Below, piece by piece: positions 53,664-64,000 of a stretch of 64,000 bases of DNA. The translations under genes were made by a program, and so were the position numbers. The stretch is from assembly GCA_965219385.1 (NCBI GenBank), contig CBDCNM010000002.1:1296936-1360935 (forward strand). Reading direction: 5' to 3'. Numbering within the stretch: position 1 is the stretch's first letter; the number at the start of each line of letters is the position of its first letter. The stretch comes from Candidatus Latescibacterota bacterium. Its GTDB lineage: Bacteria > Latescibacterota > UBA2968 > UBA8231. The notes below the pieces were generated by a model. That model made no database searches and was not told where the DNA came from. It saw nothing but the letters and a program-made list of their open reading frames with translations.

Positions 53664-53689
53664 AATGTAGGTGTATTTGCAGTCGCTTC

Positions 53690-54373
53690 TCACCGCAGAC
53701 ACAGCTCGCCTGCTTCGAGATGACCGGTGCGGTCCATGCTCTCGGCCAGGGTCTGGTCGTGCGTCATGATGACAAAAGCCTGACGATAGGCTCGGGATAG
53801 TTCGCTCAGCAGCATGTGCAGAGTCCGGCTGGAGGCTGTGTCCAGGTTTCCCGAGGGCTCATCGGCCAGCACCACCAGAGGCCTCATGATCAGGGCCCGC
53901 ACCACAGCCACGCGCTGACATTCGCCTCCGGACAACTCTCCAGGCCGGTGGTGGAGCCGCTTTTCCAGCCCCACCCGCCGCAGCAGTTCAATCGCCTCCG
54001 ATTCAACCTCGGGGGTGTGATTCGCACCGATCATCGCCGGCAGCATGACGTTTTCGAGGGCGGTAAACTCCGGCAAAAGGTGGTGGAACTGAAAGACAAA
54101 CCCGATATGTTGGTTGCGAAACCGGGCCAGCTCTGCCTCGGGAAGATTCAGCACATCCTCTGAGTGGATATGCAGTTCTCCTTCTGTAGGCCGGTCTAAG
54201 GTCCCCAGAATGTGCAACAAGGTGCTCTTACCCACCCCCGAGGCCCCGGTGATGGCGAGCACCTCTCCAGGCGCAACCTCTAGATCCACGCCCTTGAGGA
54301 CCTCTAGCTCCTCTTTACCCATTCTGAAGACCTTGCGCACACCCCGGGCCTGGACAACAGCTTCCCCAGACAA
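53690..54373 (-). CDS. lolD: Lipoprotein-releasing ABC ATPase
   Basis: GASGVGKSTLLH, GFVFQFHHLLPEF, LSGGE, ADEPSGNLD. Confidence 0.92.
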   Translation of the reverse strand: MSGEAVVQARGVRKVFRMGKEELEVLKGVDLEVAPGEVLAITGASGVGKSTLLHILGTLDRPTEGELHIHSEDVLNLPEAELARFRNQHIGFVFQFHHLLPEFTALENVMLPAMIGANHTPEVESEAIELLRRVGLEKRLHHRPGELSGGECQRVAVVRALIMRPLVVLADEPSGNLDTASSRTLHMLLSELSRAYRQAFVIMTHDQTLAESMDRTGHLEAGELCLR

Positions 54374-54383
54374 GTGCCCTCCT

Positions 54384-55646
54384 TCACATAATATACCTGA
54401 TTGCCTCTACAGGCATCAATGAAGCTGCTTTGCGCGCCGGATAGATCGAAGCCAGCAAACAGATGCCCAGGCTCACCAGGGAAACCAGCGCAAAGTCCAC
54501 AGCCTGCATATCAACCGGCAGAGAACTGATGATGTAGATATCCCCGGGTATGGAGATCAACTCAAAGTGCTGCTGTAAAAGGCACACGACGAGACCGATG
54601 CCACAGCCGAGGACCGTGCCCACCACACCGATGACCAGACCCTGGTACATGAAAATCCGACGGATGCCTTTTTCCGTGGACCCCATGGTCCTCAGTATGC
54701 CAATCTCGGGGGTCTTAATCAGGATCGACATGACCAGGATCGACATGATGTTGAAAGCGGCCACCACGATGATGAGGCTGAGGGCGATGAAAACGACCCA
54801 CTTTTCAAGCTCCATCCAGCGAAACAACTCCGGGAAGAGCCCGGTCCAATCGCTAATGCTGTAGGGATAGCCCAGCTCCCCATCCAGTTCCTCCCCGACC
54901 TGCACGGCCAGATCGACATCCTGCACCCGTATGTGAATACTGGTCACACCTTCTCCGAAACCCAGAATGCGCTGTGCATCCTGCAGAGAAATAAAAACGA
55001 GGCTGTCGTCGTAGTGGTACATCCCGCTCTCAAAGGTATCGGTGACGATAAAGGCCCAGACCTTGGGGGTAAATCCTCTGAACATGGCCTCTTCAAGATC
55101 CATATTCTGCACGGTCATCAACCAGACCTCATCCCCGGGCCCCACCCTCAGCCTGTGGGCCAGTTGCTCTCCCAGGATGATGCCGGGGTACTTCCGCTCG
55201 GGCAAAGCTCCCAGCAACAGCATCTTTTCCCGGTCGTACACCAGGTGTTCCGGAAGATCGCACACTGTCCCGAAATTCTCCGGGTCAATGCCCCATAGAC
55301 GAATCCCATCCGGTTCCTTATTGCCGGTCTTAGGAGTGATGACTACCTTGCTTTCTACGACCGGGGCAGCGGCTTCAACACCTGGAAAGCCCTTTAGCTT
55401 CTCCAGAATCGCGCCATAATCCTGCAGGACCTCTCCGTAGTACTTGCGGATGGTCACGTGCGCGTTCATCCCGATCAGACGGTTTTTGACCTCGCCCGAA
55501 AACCCATTGGTCACCGATAGCATGATGATCAGGGCCGCCACCCCGAGGATCACGCCGCCGGCCGCTATATAAGCGATGAGGGAGATAAAACCGCTCGTCT
55601 GCTTGGAGCGCAAATAGCGCCTGGCAATGAATAATTCGTACGACAC
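54384..55646 (-). CDS. Lipoprotein-releasing permease LolC/E
   Basis: IARRYL, GVAALIIMLSVTNGF, VAAFNI, EIGILRTMG, YPARKAA...PVEAIRY. Confidence 0.92.
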   Translation of the reverse strand: MSYELFIARRYLRSKQTSGFISLIAYIAAGGVILGVAALIIMLSVTNGFSGEVKNRLIGMNAHVTIRKYYGEVLQDYGAILEKLKGFPGVEAAAPVVESKVVITPKTGNKEPDGIRLWGIDPENFGTVCDLPEHLVYDREKMLLLGALPERKYPGIILGEQLAHRLRVGPGDEVWLMTVQNMDLEEAMFRGFTPKVWAFIVTDTFESGMYHYDDSLVFISLQDAQRILGFGEGVTSIHIRVQDVDLAVQVGEELDGELGYPYSISDWTGLFPELFRWMELEKWVVFIALSLIIVVAAFNIMSILVMSILIKTPEIGILRTMGSTEKGIRRIFMYQGLVIGVVGTVLGCGIGLVVCLLQQHFELISIPGDIYIISSLPVDMQAVDFALVSLVSLGICLLASIYPARKAASLMPVEAIRYIM

Positions 55647-55650
55647 TGGA

Positions 55651-56749
55651 TCAGCCCGTCTTTTCCCGAGTCAGAAAGGCCTTGATGAAGCCATCGATAG
55701 CTCCATCCATAACCGCCTGGACATTGCCGGTTTCGTGTTCTGTGCGGTGATCTTTGACCAGGTTGTAGGGATGAAAGACATAGGAGCGGATCTGGCTGCC
55801 GAATTCGATGCTCTTCTTGGTGCTCTCAATGGCATCGAGTTTCTCCTGCTCTGCCTGTTTGTAGTGCTGATAGAGCCGGGCGGCTAGAACCTTGAGGGCC
55901 GTGGATCTGTTTTTCATCTGGGAACGCTCGTTCTGGCACTGCACCGTGATACCCGTAGGCAGGTGAGTGATGCGGACCGCTGACTCGGTCTTGTTCACGT
56001 GCTGTCCGCCGGCCCCACTCGACCGGTACACATCGATTTGCAGATCCTCATCTTTCAAATCCACCTCCACGTCGTTGTCGACCTCGGGATAGACAAAGAC
56101 CGAAGCAAAAGAGGTATGCCGTCGACTACTGGAATCGAAGGGAGAGATGCGCACCAGACGGTGGACCCCTATTTCCGCCTTTAAATGGCCATGGGCGTAC
56201 TCTCCTTTGACCTCTATGGTAACCCCTTTAATCCCCGCTTCTTCCCCGGCCTGGATATCCATGATCTCGCTCTGGAAACCACTGCGTTCGATCCAGCGGA
56301 GATACATGCGCATCAGCATTTCCGCCCAATCAGCGGCCTCGGTACCGCCAGCCCCCGAATGGATTTCGAGGATGGCATCCTTGGGATCGTCCTCGTCGCT
56401 CAGCATGGTGCGAAACTCCAGCTCGTCGATCCTGGAGGCCAATCCCTCGACCTCGCTCTCAAATTCTGCCAGGGCGTCCTGGTCGCCCTCCTCAGCGGCC
56501 ATTTCGTGTAACTCGGACAGATCGTCGAGTTGTTGTTTCAGAGCCTCCCAGGCCTCTATCGAGACCTTCAGCAGGCGGGCCTGGCGCGCCACCTTCTCGG
56601 CCTGGAGCCGATTGTTCCAGAAGCCGGCACCGGTCATCTGCTCTTCCAGGCACTCCAGTTCTCGTCTCTTGCCATCCAGGTCAAAGATAACCTCCCAACC
56701 GTTCGAGGCACTTCTGACAGCTCAGTAGATTATCCTCACGTGAAGCCAT
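55651..56749 (-). CDS. prfB: Peptide chain release factor 2 with programmed +1 frameshift
   Basis: ATG at 56749; GGGAGGT-TAT-CTT-TGA-C slip site at 56680-56696; SPF and GGQ motifs. Confidence 0.95.
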
Positions 56750-57271
56750 CTATTCATCTCCTTTTTTGGGTTCGCTATAACGATCGAACAACAGGCGGAT
56801 TGCCTCGCGGTTCTCGGGTATTTCGAACAACAATTCTCCCTCGAAGGCGTCTCCCCTGTCCATGTAGAACTCGTCGGACCGATCGATAAACAGCGGAGAG
56901 CGGGAAAGCGGGTAATAGCGTTTGGCCTGGTCGTCCACCAGTTTGAAGCAGCGTGGCACAACGGGATAACCGATCTTCATACGGGCTTCCATGACAATCT
57001 TTATCAGCACGAATTTATGCCCTGCTGACGGTTTCCCGTAAAAAAAATACATGTACCTGACCCCCCTTTCCGGCACTTCCCACACCACGGGATGCTTGAG
57101 CCGGTCCAGCCAAGCGGGCATCTCCTGCAGCCTCTTGAGCGATCCTCCGGTAACCCGCATCATCTCGATTCCCGCATAGACCAGTACAACCCCTACAGAG
57201 GCCAAAAGCACCACGCGCCTTATTTGCCGCAGGAGCGCCTGCTCCCTTTTCTTTGGCACCGACCTCAACAT
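56750..57271 (-). CDS. Membrane-anchored hypothetical protein (DUF4352-like)
   Basis: N-terminal TM; FKLVDDQ..Y, GELLFEIP pattern. Confidence 0.6.
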   Translation of the reverse strand: MLRSVPKKREQALLRQIRRVVLLASVGVVLVYAGIEMMRVTGGSLKRLQEMPAWLDRLKHPVVWEVPERGVRYMYFFYGKPSAGHKFVLIKIVMEARMKIGYPVVPRCFKLVDDQAKRYYPLSRSPLFIDRSDEFYMDRGDAFEGELLFEIPENREAIRLLFDRYSEPKKGDE

Positions 57272-57284
57272 CTCCTTCTTCTCC

Positions 57285-59339
57285 TCAGCGCAAAATGGCG
57301 ATCTTGCCCGACCGCGTGAAGGTAGAAGCAGTCAACCGGTAGAAATAGAGCCCATTGGCGATTTTCTCGGGAATATCCCAGCGCAACGCCTGTTTGGACG
57401 GACTGTAATCGCCGGCCTCCAGTTCGGCCACCAGGCGACCGGCCAGGTCGAAGACCTGCAGGGCCACCTCCGCTTCGTCCTGAGTACCCAGATGCAGCGG
57501 GAAATACACCTCGCGCATGGTCGCCGGACTGGGGAAAGACTCTCGCCGCACCACCCAGGTGATGCTGTATTCCACCCTCAATTCGCGGATTGTATTATCT
57601 GAGTTGGGCGCAGAAGTGGATGCCACGACCGAGATGCTGGTGCGGCCGGCTGTTTTATCTCCTTCAGCGTCAAAGGTAACCAGAGCCATGCCTTCCGAAT
57701 CCGTGGTCGAATCCGTGGTCAGGCTGGCGCCGGCGACAAGCTCCACAGCCCCTCCGTCACCAATCAGGAAGACCGACTCGGCACCATTGTTGGTGATATC
57801 CCACACAATTATCTGGCCTGTACCTGCCGCGCCCCTGTTATCGCTAAAACGTACGGAAAAGGGGACCTCACCCGTACTGCCGTTGCCGACATGGCCATCC
57901 CCCATTGCTGAGAAATCGAGGCTGAAATCCACGGCAGAGTCTGCAAGCAGGAGCGGCTCGATCACCAAACCACTCGCTCGCAGGCCATGGACCAAACCCC
58001 ACCCATAGACCGTATCTTCCCCAGCTTCCCCCAGATCCGTGGCGGTCGCCCGCAATTTATCCAGCATTTGTTCAGGATCCCAGGAGGGATGAATCTGGAG
58101 CAGCAAAGCGCATACCCCACTCACCAGCGGCGCGGCAAACGAGGTCCCGTCCATGCGGGTATAGTCTCCCCTGCGGATATGGGGTACCGGGACCTCCTGT
58201 CCTGGCGCCACCACATCCGGCTTGATGCGCCCATCCGCGGTGGGCCCCCGCGAACTGAAGCTGGCAATCTTCAGCCGCCGATCCACCGCCCCCACTGCAA
58301 TCACTCCAGGAGCATCCGCCGGCACTGTAATATACGGCCAGTCCCAATTGTTCCCCTGGTTGCCGGCCGACAGTACCACGATAATGCCCCGGCGCACGGC
58401 CATCCCTGCTGCGATGCTGGTCAGCGCGGTCTCACCATCCAGATCCTCAAAAGCATAACCGCTGTCGTCGTCCCAGGTGGTGTACCCCAGCGAACTGCTG
58501 ACGATATCGGCTCCCAGGCTGTCGGCCCATTCCAGGCCGGCGATCCAGCGGTCTTCCTCAATGGGCAGTTCAGCGCCGTTGTCCTCGGTTTTGGCCAGGA
58601 TGTACTCGGCCTCTGGTGTAACCCCGGCCAAACCCTCTGGATCGTCGGCAACCAGCAACGACAGCACCCGAGCACCGTGGATATTCTGGTTCGAAACCGT
58701 TTCATCGCCGGTGACGGGCTGGTTGGCTTCGTCGGTGACCACATCGTCGCCATTGACAAAGTCGCGCGCAGCCACCACCTGAAAATGCGAAAACGCCTTG
58801 TGGTCCAGGTAGTGAAAGCCATTATCGAGCAGCGCAATCCGCACGCCCTTTCCCTTGTAGCCCTGGTTGTGCAGCCCTGTTACCCCGATTATTTCCAGGT
58901 GCTCAGGGAACGGGCCTTCCTGAACGGAGATTTTGGACGCGGTCGAATCGTCTGCGGGCTCCCGGGGTGCGGACGGACGGCGCAATCTGCGCACGGGTCT
59001 AAGGTGGCGTACAAAATCCATCTCTCCGAGCCGATCCTGCTGGGCGCGATTGGCGCGGACACTGACCGCATTGAACCACCTGGAATAATTCCGCACGGCC
59101 AGACCGGTTTCCTCAACCTGCACGATGTAGTCTGGATCTAGAGGCAAGTCCAACACCTCACCCACCTCTCCGTCCTCCCTTTCGCCCCAGTCGATGCGTC
59201 CTCCCATCCCATCCGGTTTATCCCGCAAGAAAACCCAGACATCTTCTCCGGATGGGAGCGCTTCTGCCTCTGTTAACGAGTAAACCATCAACGGCGCCAG
59301 TACTGCAAACAGACCGGCGCTCGACGCTCGGTCAATCAT
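57285..59339 (-). CDS. Secreted S8 subtilisin-like protease with Ig-like insert and FlgD/T9SS-like tail
   Basis: IALLDNGF, HG, AGN, GTSFAAPLVSG; tail VFDLAGRLV...NGLYFYRL. Confidence 0.9.
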   Translation of the reverse strand: MIDRASSAGLFAVLAPLMVYSLTEAEALPSGEDVWVFLRDKPDGMGGRIDWGEREDGEVGEVLDLPLDPDYIVQVEETGLAVRNYSRWFNAVSVRANRAQQDRLGEMDFVRHLRPVRRLRRPSAPREPADDSTASKISVQEGPFPEHLEIIGVTGLHNQGYKGKGVRIALLDNGFHYLDHKAFSHFQVVAARDFVNGDDVVTDEANQPVTGDETVSNQNIHGARVLSLLVADDPEGLAGVTPEAEYILAKTEDNGAELPIEEDRWIAGLEWADSLGADIVSSSLGYTTWDDDSGYAFEDLDGETALTSIAAGMAVRRGIIVVLSAGNQGNNWDWPYITVPADAPGVIAVGAVDRRLKIASFSSRGPTADGRIKPDVVAPGQEVPVPHIRRGDYTRMDGTSFAAPLVSGVCALLLQIHPSWDPEQMLDKLRATATDLGEAGEDTVYGWGLVHGLRASGLVIEPLLLADSAVDFSLDFSAMGDGHVGNGSTGEVPFSVRFSDNRGAAGTGQIIVWDITNNGAESVFLIGDGGAVELVAGASLTTDSTTDSEGMALVTFDAEGDKTAGRTSISVVASTSAPNSDNTIRELRVEYSITWVVRRESFPSPATMREVYFPLHLGTQDEAEVALQVFDLAGRLVAELEAGDYSPSKQALRWDIPEKIANGLYFYRLTASTFTRSGKIAILR

Positions 59340-60009
59340 CCTGAAGACCCGGACCCCTTCTATCTATTATATCCGCACCCTCTGGAAACTCGAAGCTAAA
59401 AAGAGACTCATCCAGTTTCTTGTTGGTCCTGTGGTCCTTGAGGATATAGGTGGTGATATTGTCATTCACTTCTACTTGCTCTGCTTTTAACAAGTGCCAG
59501 CGCTTGCGGTCCACCCAGATCTTCATCTGAGCGATATGCGCACTTGCCGCGCGTGGTTTCAGGCTCAGCATATAGCAGGAACGACCTTCCAACTCCACTT
59601 CTTCTACCGCCAGTGCTACATAGCTTTCAGTGTAATCCAGCAGGATTTCCCACGGGGTTTTCAGTTCTCCCTCGTACGCGCTGACGACCACCTGCTCATT
59701 CCGCTTGTTGTACGCCCAGATCATCTCACCTCCGGCAACCACTAGATCGCCATCCTCCAGTTCCAAACGGAACTGGTTGGGCTTGCGGGTATAGATTTTT
59801 CCCTTGCGGCTCTGCTTCTTATTGTCGAGCAAGGCCCAGTAGAACTGCTTTTCAAATTTGGCGGAAAAGGTCTTGTACCCCGCGAAGTTCTTCCGCATTT
59901 TGGCAATGACTTCACTGCCCGTAATACCCTCGGCCGGCAGCGGGCAATGAACCCAGAGGAGCCCGACCAGGATACCCGCCCGGACGCATCTATTCAGATA
60001 AGTATTCAT
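59332..60009 (-). CDS. lolA: Outer-membrane lipoprotein carrier LolA family
   Basis: FSAKFEKQ, KPNQFRLE, IWAYN...EQV, FSFEFPEGADIID; downstream of ftsK. Confidence 0.85.
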   Translation of the reverse strand: MNTYLNRCVRAGILVGLLWVHCPLPAEGITGSEVIAKMRKNFAGYKTFSAKFEKQFYWALLDNKKQSRKGKIYTRKPNQFRLELEDGDLVVAGGEMIWAYNKRNEQVVVSAYEGELKTPWEILLDYTESYVALAVEEVELEGRSCYMLSLKPRAASAHIAQMKIWVDRKRWHLLKAEQVEVNDNITTYILKDHRTNKKLDESLFSFEFPEGADIIDRRGPGLQDD

Positions 60010-62366
60010 TGATCACTCTCTGCTTCGCCAGCCATGGCAGCCTCTTCCCCCCCTTCTACCGCCACCAGGATCTGACGCGGCTTGGCGCCTTTGGCCGATC
60101 CCACTATGCCGGCATTCTCCAGTTCATCCATCAGGCGCGCCGCACGCGAATACCCTACCTTCATGCGCCGCTGGAGGAACGACGTCGAGGCCTGCCGATG
60201 TTCAATGACCAGCTGCCTGGCTTCGTCGAACAACTCATCCTGCGCGTCCTGATTTGATCTAATATCCGCATGATCCGCAAGGACCGCAACCTCCTCGGCC
60301 TCGTAGTTGGTGGATGAGATGGCCTCCACCAATTTCTCTGTTTCTTCTCCGGAAATGTAGGCACCGTGGATGCGGATCGGCTCCCCCTGCCCCCCCGGCA
60401 AAAACAGCATATCTCCACGTCCCAACAAACGCTCGGCTCCATTAAAATCCAGAATTGTGCGAGAATCCGTTTTCGAGGCGACCTGAAAAGCAATGCGCGA
60501 GGGGAAATTTGCCTTGATCACGCCGGTGATGACATTCACCGAAGGTCTCTGTGTCGCCAGGATGATGTGGATCCCCACCGCGCGCGATTTTTGCGCCAGG
60601 CTCATCAGCGAGGTTTCTACATCGGCCGGTGCGGTCAGCATCAGGTCGGCGAATTCGTCTATGACCGCCACGATATACGGCATGGGCCTTTCCGGCTCGA
60701 TACCATCTTCCAGATCCTCCTGCTCCACCTGCACCACCTTGCGATTGTAGTCGGCCAGGTTGCGCACCCCGAGTCTGGCCAGTTTCTGGTAGCGCGCTTC
60801 CATTTCGGCCGTGGTCCACTTCAAGGCTTCAGAGGCCTTCTTGGGCTCGGTGATAACCGGCGCAAGGAGGTGGGGGATATCGTTGTACATGGTCAACTCG
60901 ACCACCTTTGGATCAACCATGATAAAGCGGACCTCTTCGGGTGTGGACTTGAAGAGAATACCGGAAATCAGGCTGTTGATGCACACGCTCTTCCCCGCTC
61001 CGGTGGCGCCGGCTACCAGCAGATGCGGCATCTTGGCCAGGTCCGCCACATAGGGCTCGCCCGAAATGGTCTTGCCCAGGGCCATGGTCAGTTTGGGCTC
61101 GGACTTGCGGAAAGCCCCGGACTCAAGAATTTCACTCAGATAGACTGTTTCGTGCTGCTGATTGGCAATTTCGACCCCCACCACGGACTTGCCCGGCACT
61201 GGAGCCTGGATGCGGATCCCATTGGCACTCATGACCCGGGCCAGATCATCCGAAAGAGTCACGATGCGGTTTACCTTGACGCCGGAAGCAGGCTCTACCT
61301 CGTAGCGGGTCACGACCGGACCGGGGCTCACCTCCACCACCTTGCCCGCTACATCGAAGTTGCCCAGAGCGTCCTCGAGAAGACGGGCGTTCTCCAGCAG
61401 GCTCTCCTTGTCAACGCCGCCCCGTCCGTCGGGGGGGGGGCCCAACAGCCCTATCAATGGAAGTTTGTACTTATCCCTAAATGGCTTTTTACCGCTTTTT
61501 CCAGCCACGTCCCCCCCTCCATCCGAAGCCGCTGACTTGTCCACCCGGGCAATGGCGTTCGGCGGCTCTGATTGGGGTGTGGACATTTCCGGCCTTCCGC
61601 TCTCTACTTCAGGGGTCAGGCTGGCCAACTCTCGTGCGTCAGGAGCTTCTGAAACCTGAACCGGCTCTTCTACCTTCCCTACCGAAGGCCGACCCCTGAC
61701 CGCCGCCAAGGTTTCCGTCTTATTTTCAATGTCGTCTACTCCTTTTTCTGCCAACCTCTTCTTCCGCTTGATCCCGTGATTGGCGAACCAGCCCGGTACG
61801 CGTCCCATCCATCTCATTCCCCGGGCTCCGCGCCGGAGTCCACTCACACCCAGACGAGGATCTACGTCCGTGGTCAAAATTGCAGCCGCAATAAAAAGCG
61901 CCCCAAGGAGAACCGCGGACCCGATGCGCCCCCCGTAGGGGATGAGAATCCCATTGCTTACCTGGATGCCCAGCCACCCTCCAAGCTTAAATGCCGTGTA
62001 GGATGAATAGAGCGGTAAACCAGCCCCGATGCTGAAAATCAGCGCCATGCTCAACAAGCCCGCACTGCGGTATACCGCGGCCAGTATCGGCTGCTGCCGC
62101 AATCGGTTCCAGCCCCAGAGCAAAGCCAGAACCGGCAGCACATAGGCCGCGTACCCTGCCCCCGTGAAGGTGCTGTAAGATATATAAGCTCCGAGGTACC
62201 CGCCCCAGTTGAGAAGTTCGGCGGGCGAGCGGTTTGAATTGGGAAAATCGCGCACCGAATGAGACACCAGGCTGATGACCAGGAAAATACCCCATGCCAC
62301 CAGTAGTACACCACAGGCCTGAGCACCTTTCCCTCTGCCAATGAATCTATCCAATAACTCTCTCAT
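60006..62366 (-). CDS. ftsK: DNA translocase FtsK
   Basis: 4TM N-domain, PHLLVAGATGAGKSV, LATQRPSV, gamma domain LQRRMKVGYSRAARLMD. Confidence 0.96.
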   Translation of the reverse strand: MRELLDRFIGRGKGAQACGVLLVAWGIFLVISLVSHSVRDFPNSNRSPAELLNWGGYLGAYISYSTFTGAGYAAYVLPVLALLWGWNRLRQQPILAAVYRSAGLLSMALIFSIGAGLPLYSSYTAFKLGGWLGIQVSNGILIPYGGRIGSAVLLGALFIAAAILTTDVDPRLGVSGLRRGARGMRWMGRVPGWFANHGIKRKKRLAEKGVDDIENKTETLAAVRGRPSVGKVEEPVQVSEAPDARELASLTPEVESGRPEMSTPQSEPPNAIARVDKSAASDGGGDVAGKSGKKPFRDKYKLPLIGLLGPPPDGRGGVDKESLLENARLLEDALGNFDVAGKVVEVSPGPVVTRYEVEPASGVKVNRIVTLSDDLARVMSANGIRIQAPVPGKSVVGVEIANQQHETVYLSEILESGAFRKSEPKLTMALGKTISGEPYVADLAKMPHLLVAGATGAGKSVCINSLISGILFKSTPEEVRFIMVDPKVVELTMYNDIPHLLAPVITEPKKASEALKWTTAEMEARYQKLARLGVRNLADYNRKVVQVEQEDLEDGIEPERPMPYIVAVIDEFADLMLTAPADVETSLMSLAQKSRAVGIHIILATQRPSVNVITGVIKANFPSRIAFQVASKTDSRTILDFNGAERLLGRGDMLFLPGGQGEPIRIHGAYISGEETEKLVEAISSTNYEAEEVAVLADHADIRSNQDAQDELFDEARQLVIEHRQASTSFLQRRMKVGYSRAARLMDELENAGIVGSAKGAKPRQILVAVEGGEEAAMAGEAESDQ

Positions 62367-62487
62367 ACCAACCCCATTATTCCGGAAGTACCAAAGGGGA
62401 AAGGACAATTTGGATAACGTGGGGATTTTCGTATCGTATGGACTCTAAGGAGAAGAGAGTCCCCTGGGAAAGATTGACTGTCCTGTG

Positions 62488-63348
62488 CTATGGGGCGCGT
62501 CGCACCACTACTTTTTTCATCTGTGAAACCCGGCCCGCCGCACTTGCTGATACATAGACGATATACATACCCGCGGAAACAAAACGGCCCTCCCGATCCT
62601 GCCCATCCCATTCTATTTTTCCGCTGGGCCCCACAGAAGAGTCCTTCATCAATTCCCGGATGAGATGACCCTCGATATCGTAAATCCACAGATTCACCAA
62701 GGCCGGGGCAGCCGGCAATCTGTAGCTGAGCACTAGCCGGTGTGAAAACGGGTTCGGTTCGGCCCTTAATTCGATGCGTTCACCCCCGAACCGACGCTGT
62801 TCGTACACGCTGTTGAGGCGGCCGGGAGTGCCGCCTTCGACGAGCGCTTTTCCCCAGTTGTCGGACTTTGCAGCTTCCTTCAGATCGATTTTTTCCCAGG
62901 AAAATCCCGGCCGCGTCACCGGCTGGTAGCGCAAGACTTCCACCGTATCCCCTCCGGCATTGCACAGGATTACAGCTCCTTCCCTGCTATTGGGCCAGCC
63001 AGTGCGGCCAAAGGCCCTGTCCTGGATAGTGAGCAAAACCACAGCTTCGTGCAGGTCCTCCTCATAGGCTGTCGAGTGGTCGAAGTAGCTGCGATCCAGC
63101 ACCAGGGCAAACTGTCCGGGCCGCAGGGCCAGACCTGCTCCTTTGTCCACCAGCGAATCGAGTTCTTCTTCGTCGCCCAAACGCCAGCCGTCCAGGATCA
63201 CTGTTTCAACCTCACTGGTATTGACCAGTTCTACGTACTCGTCGTGGTGATCTAGGCCAAGGGGGTTGTACATCACTTCACTGAGCACCACCCGGGCTTG
63301 AACCGGACCGAGCAAGCCCATGAACACTACAATCAGTACGGCATACAT
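62488..63348 (-). CDS. Secreted lamin-tail-domain protein with FlgD-like Ig tail
   Basis: LSEVMYNP, EYVELVN, GTPGRLNS, PNPFS, WDGQD..GRFVSAGMY. Confidence 0.8.
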   Translation of the reverse strand: MYAVLIVVFMGLLGPVQARVVLSEVMYNPLGLDHHDEYVELVNTSEVETVILDGWRLGDEEELDSLVDKGAGLALRPGQFALVLDRSYFDHSTAYEEDLHEAVVLLTIQDRAFGRTGWPNSREGAVILCNAGGDTVEVLRYQPVTRPGFSWEKIDLKEAAKSDNWGKALVEGGTPGRLNSVYEQRRFGGERIELRAEPNPFSHRLVLSYRLPAAPALVNLWIYDIEGHLIRELMKDSSVGPSGKIEWDGQDREGRFVSAGMYIVYVSASAAGRVSQMKKVVVRRAP

Positions 63349-64000
63349 CAGATCATCCCACAACGTTTGCGCACAAACCATTCCAGGCCCAACAGCAGAA
63401 CCACTACCCCGACGAGCCATTGCTGGCTCCACAGCGAGAAGACGCTCGCCTGCTCTACCAGGCGCTTCTGCAAGGCCAGCAACTCCAGGATCTCACGCCA
63501 TTCGTCCAGGTCGCGATAGCGGCCTCCGCTGACCCGGGCCATCTCGCCCAACACTACCTTGTTGGCTCGCACGTCAACGGATTCAATGCTGTGCTGTTCA
63601 ACGATAAACCGGCCCTCGTCTTTACCGATGAGGGTATCTCCTGCATAAGCCACGGTTGTGTAATGATAGTCGCCGGGAGCCAGGCCCGTCCAGGTGCCCT
63701 GATAATGCCCTCCTCCCTGATCCTGAAGTTGGAATTCCAGATCTTCTCCGTCCACCATGACCTGTACGGTGGCAGCGCTCTGCGGACGCAGAAGTTCGTC
63801 GAAGACCTGGCCGGCAAAGACGACCTCCTCTCCTGCGCGATAGATATGCTGTTCCGTCGATACCCGCACGCGACCCGCTGGTGTCTGGATAGCCAGCCAC
63901 TTGACAGCATTCCGCCAGAAATTCCGGATGGTCTGCGGCCGTCCTCCAACTCCACTGCTCAGTAAATCGAGACGCCAGAAGGTAGCCGACAAAGCTGCTA
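63348..64000 (-). CDS. Partial (C-terminal) membrane protein of the vWA/GATase1-like class
   Basis: FWRNAVKWL, LGEMARVSGGRY, C-terminal TM and EWFVRKRCGM; runs off the window. Confidence 0.7.
   Translation of the reverse strand, partial: AALSATFWRLDLLSSGVGGRPQTIRNFWRNAVKWLAIQTPAGRVRVSTEQHIYRAGEEVVFAGQVFDELLRPQSAATVQVMVDGEDLEFQLQDQGGGHYQGTWTGLAPGDYHYTTVAYAGDTLIGKDEGRFIVEQHSIESVDVRANKVVLGEMARVSGGRYRDLDEWREILELLALQKRLVEQASVFSLWSQQWLVGVVVLLLGLEWFVRKRCGMI

Noticed and set aside
55651..56749. prfB as a pseudogene
   Set aside because: The in-frame TGA is the canonical programmed frameshift site.

Overview
GC-rich diderm bacterial chromosome segment. mcsA-mcsB-clpC sits inside a lol/bamA/skp/fabZ cluster and there are FlgD-like-tailed secreted proteins. 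This suggests an FCB-related lineage such as Latescibacterota/Handelsmanbacteria, which is an inference only. Housekeeping blocks: floA-nfeD operon, hemB, tmRNA, ilvD, tamA/tamB-like, fabZ-skp-bamA-clpC-mcsB-mcsA-lolD-lolC/E-prfB, lolA, ftsK. There are two accessory regions. (1) A decayed islet beside tmRNA (6.2-9.1 kb) holds IS30/IS4 remnants, an IS5 interrupting a GmrSD-like pseudogene and a helicase fragment. (2) The highlight is a ~24 kb integron-like platform (20.4-44.2 kb): about 20 co-oriented minus-strand cassettes, 17 full-length attC-like sites of 66-94 bp, an attI-like site at ~43100 and a divergent tyrosine recombinase. It is non-canonical in three ways. The recombinase lacks the IntI-specific I2 insertion and is frameshifted. 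Each cassette carries its own 13-19 bp imperfect terminal inverted repeat with a near-invariant T.G pair 7 nt outside the TAAC/GTTA core. The site interiors fold into branched GNA-loop mini-hairpins. An IS621-like IS110 element is inserted exactly at one cassette junction, and its left end encodes readable bridge-RNA guides matching that junction and its own donor. A ~200-nt rod-like candidate ncRNA lies at 19189-19392. All calls are by eye; no searches were run.
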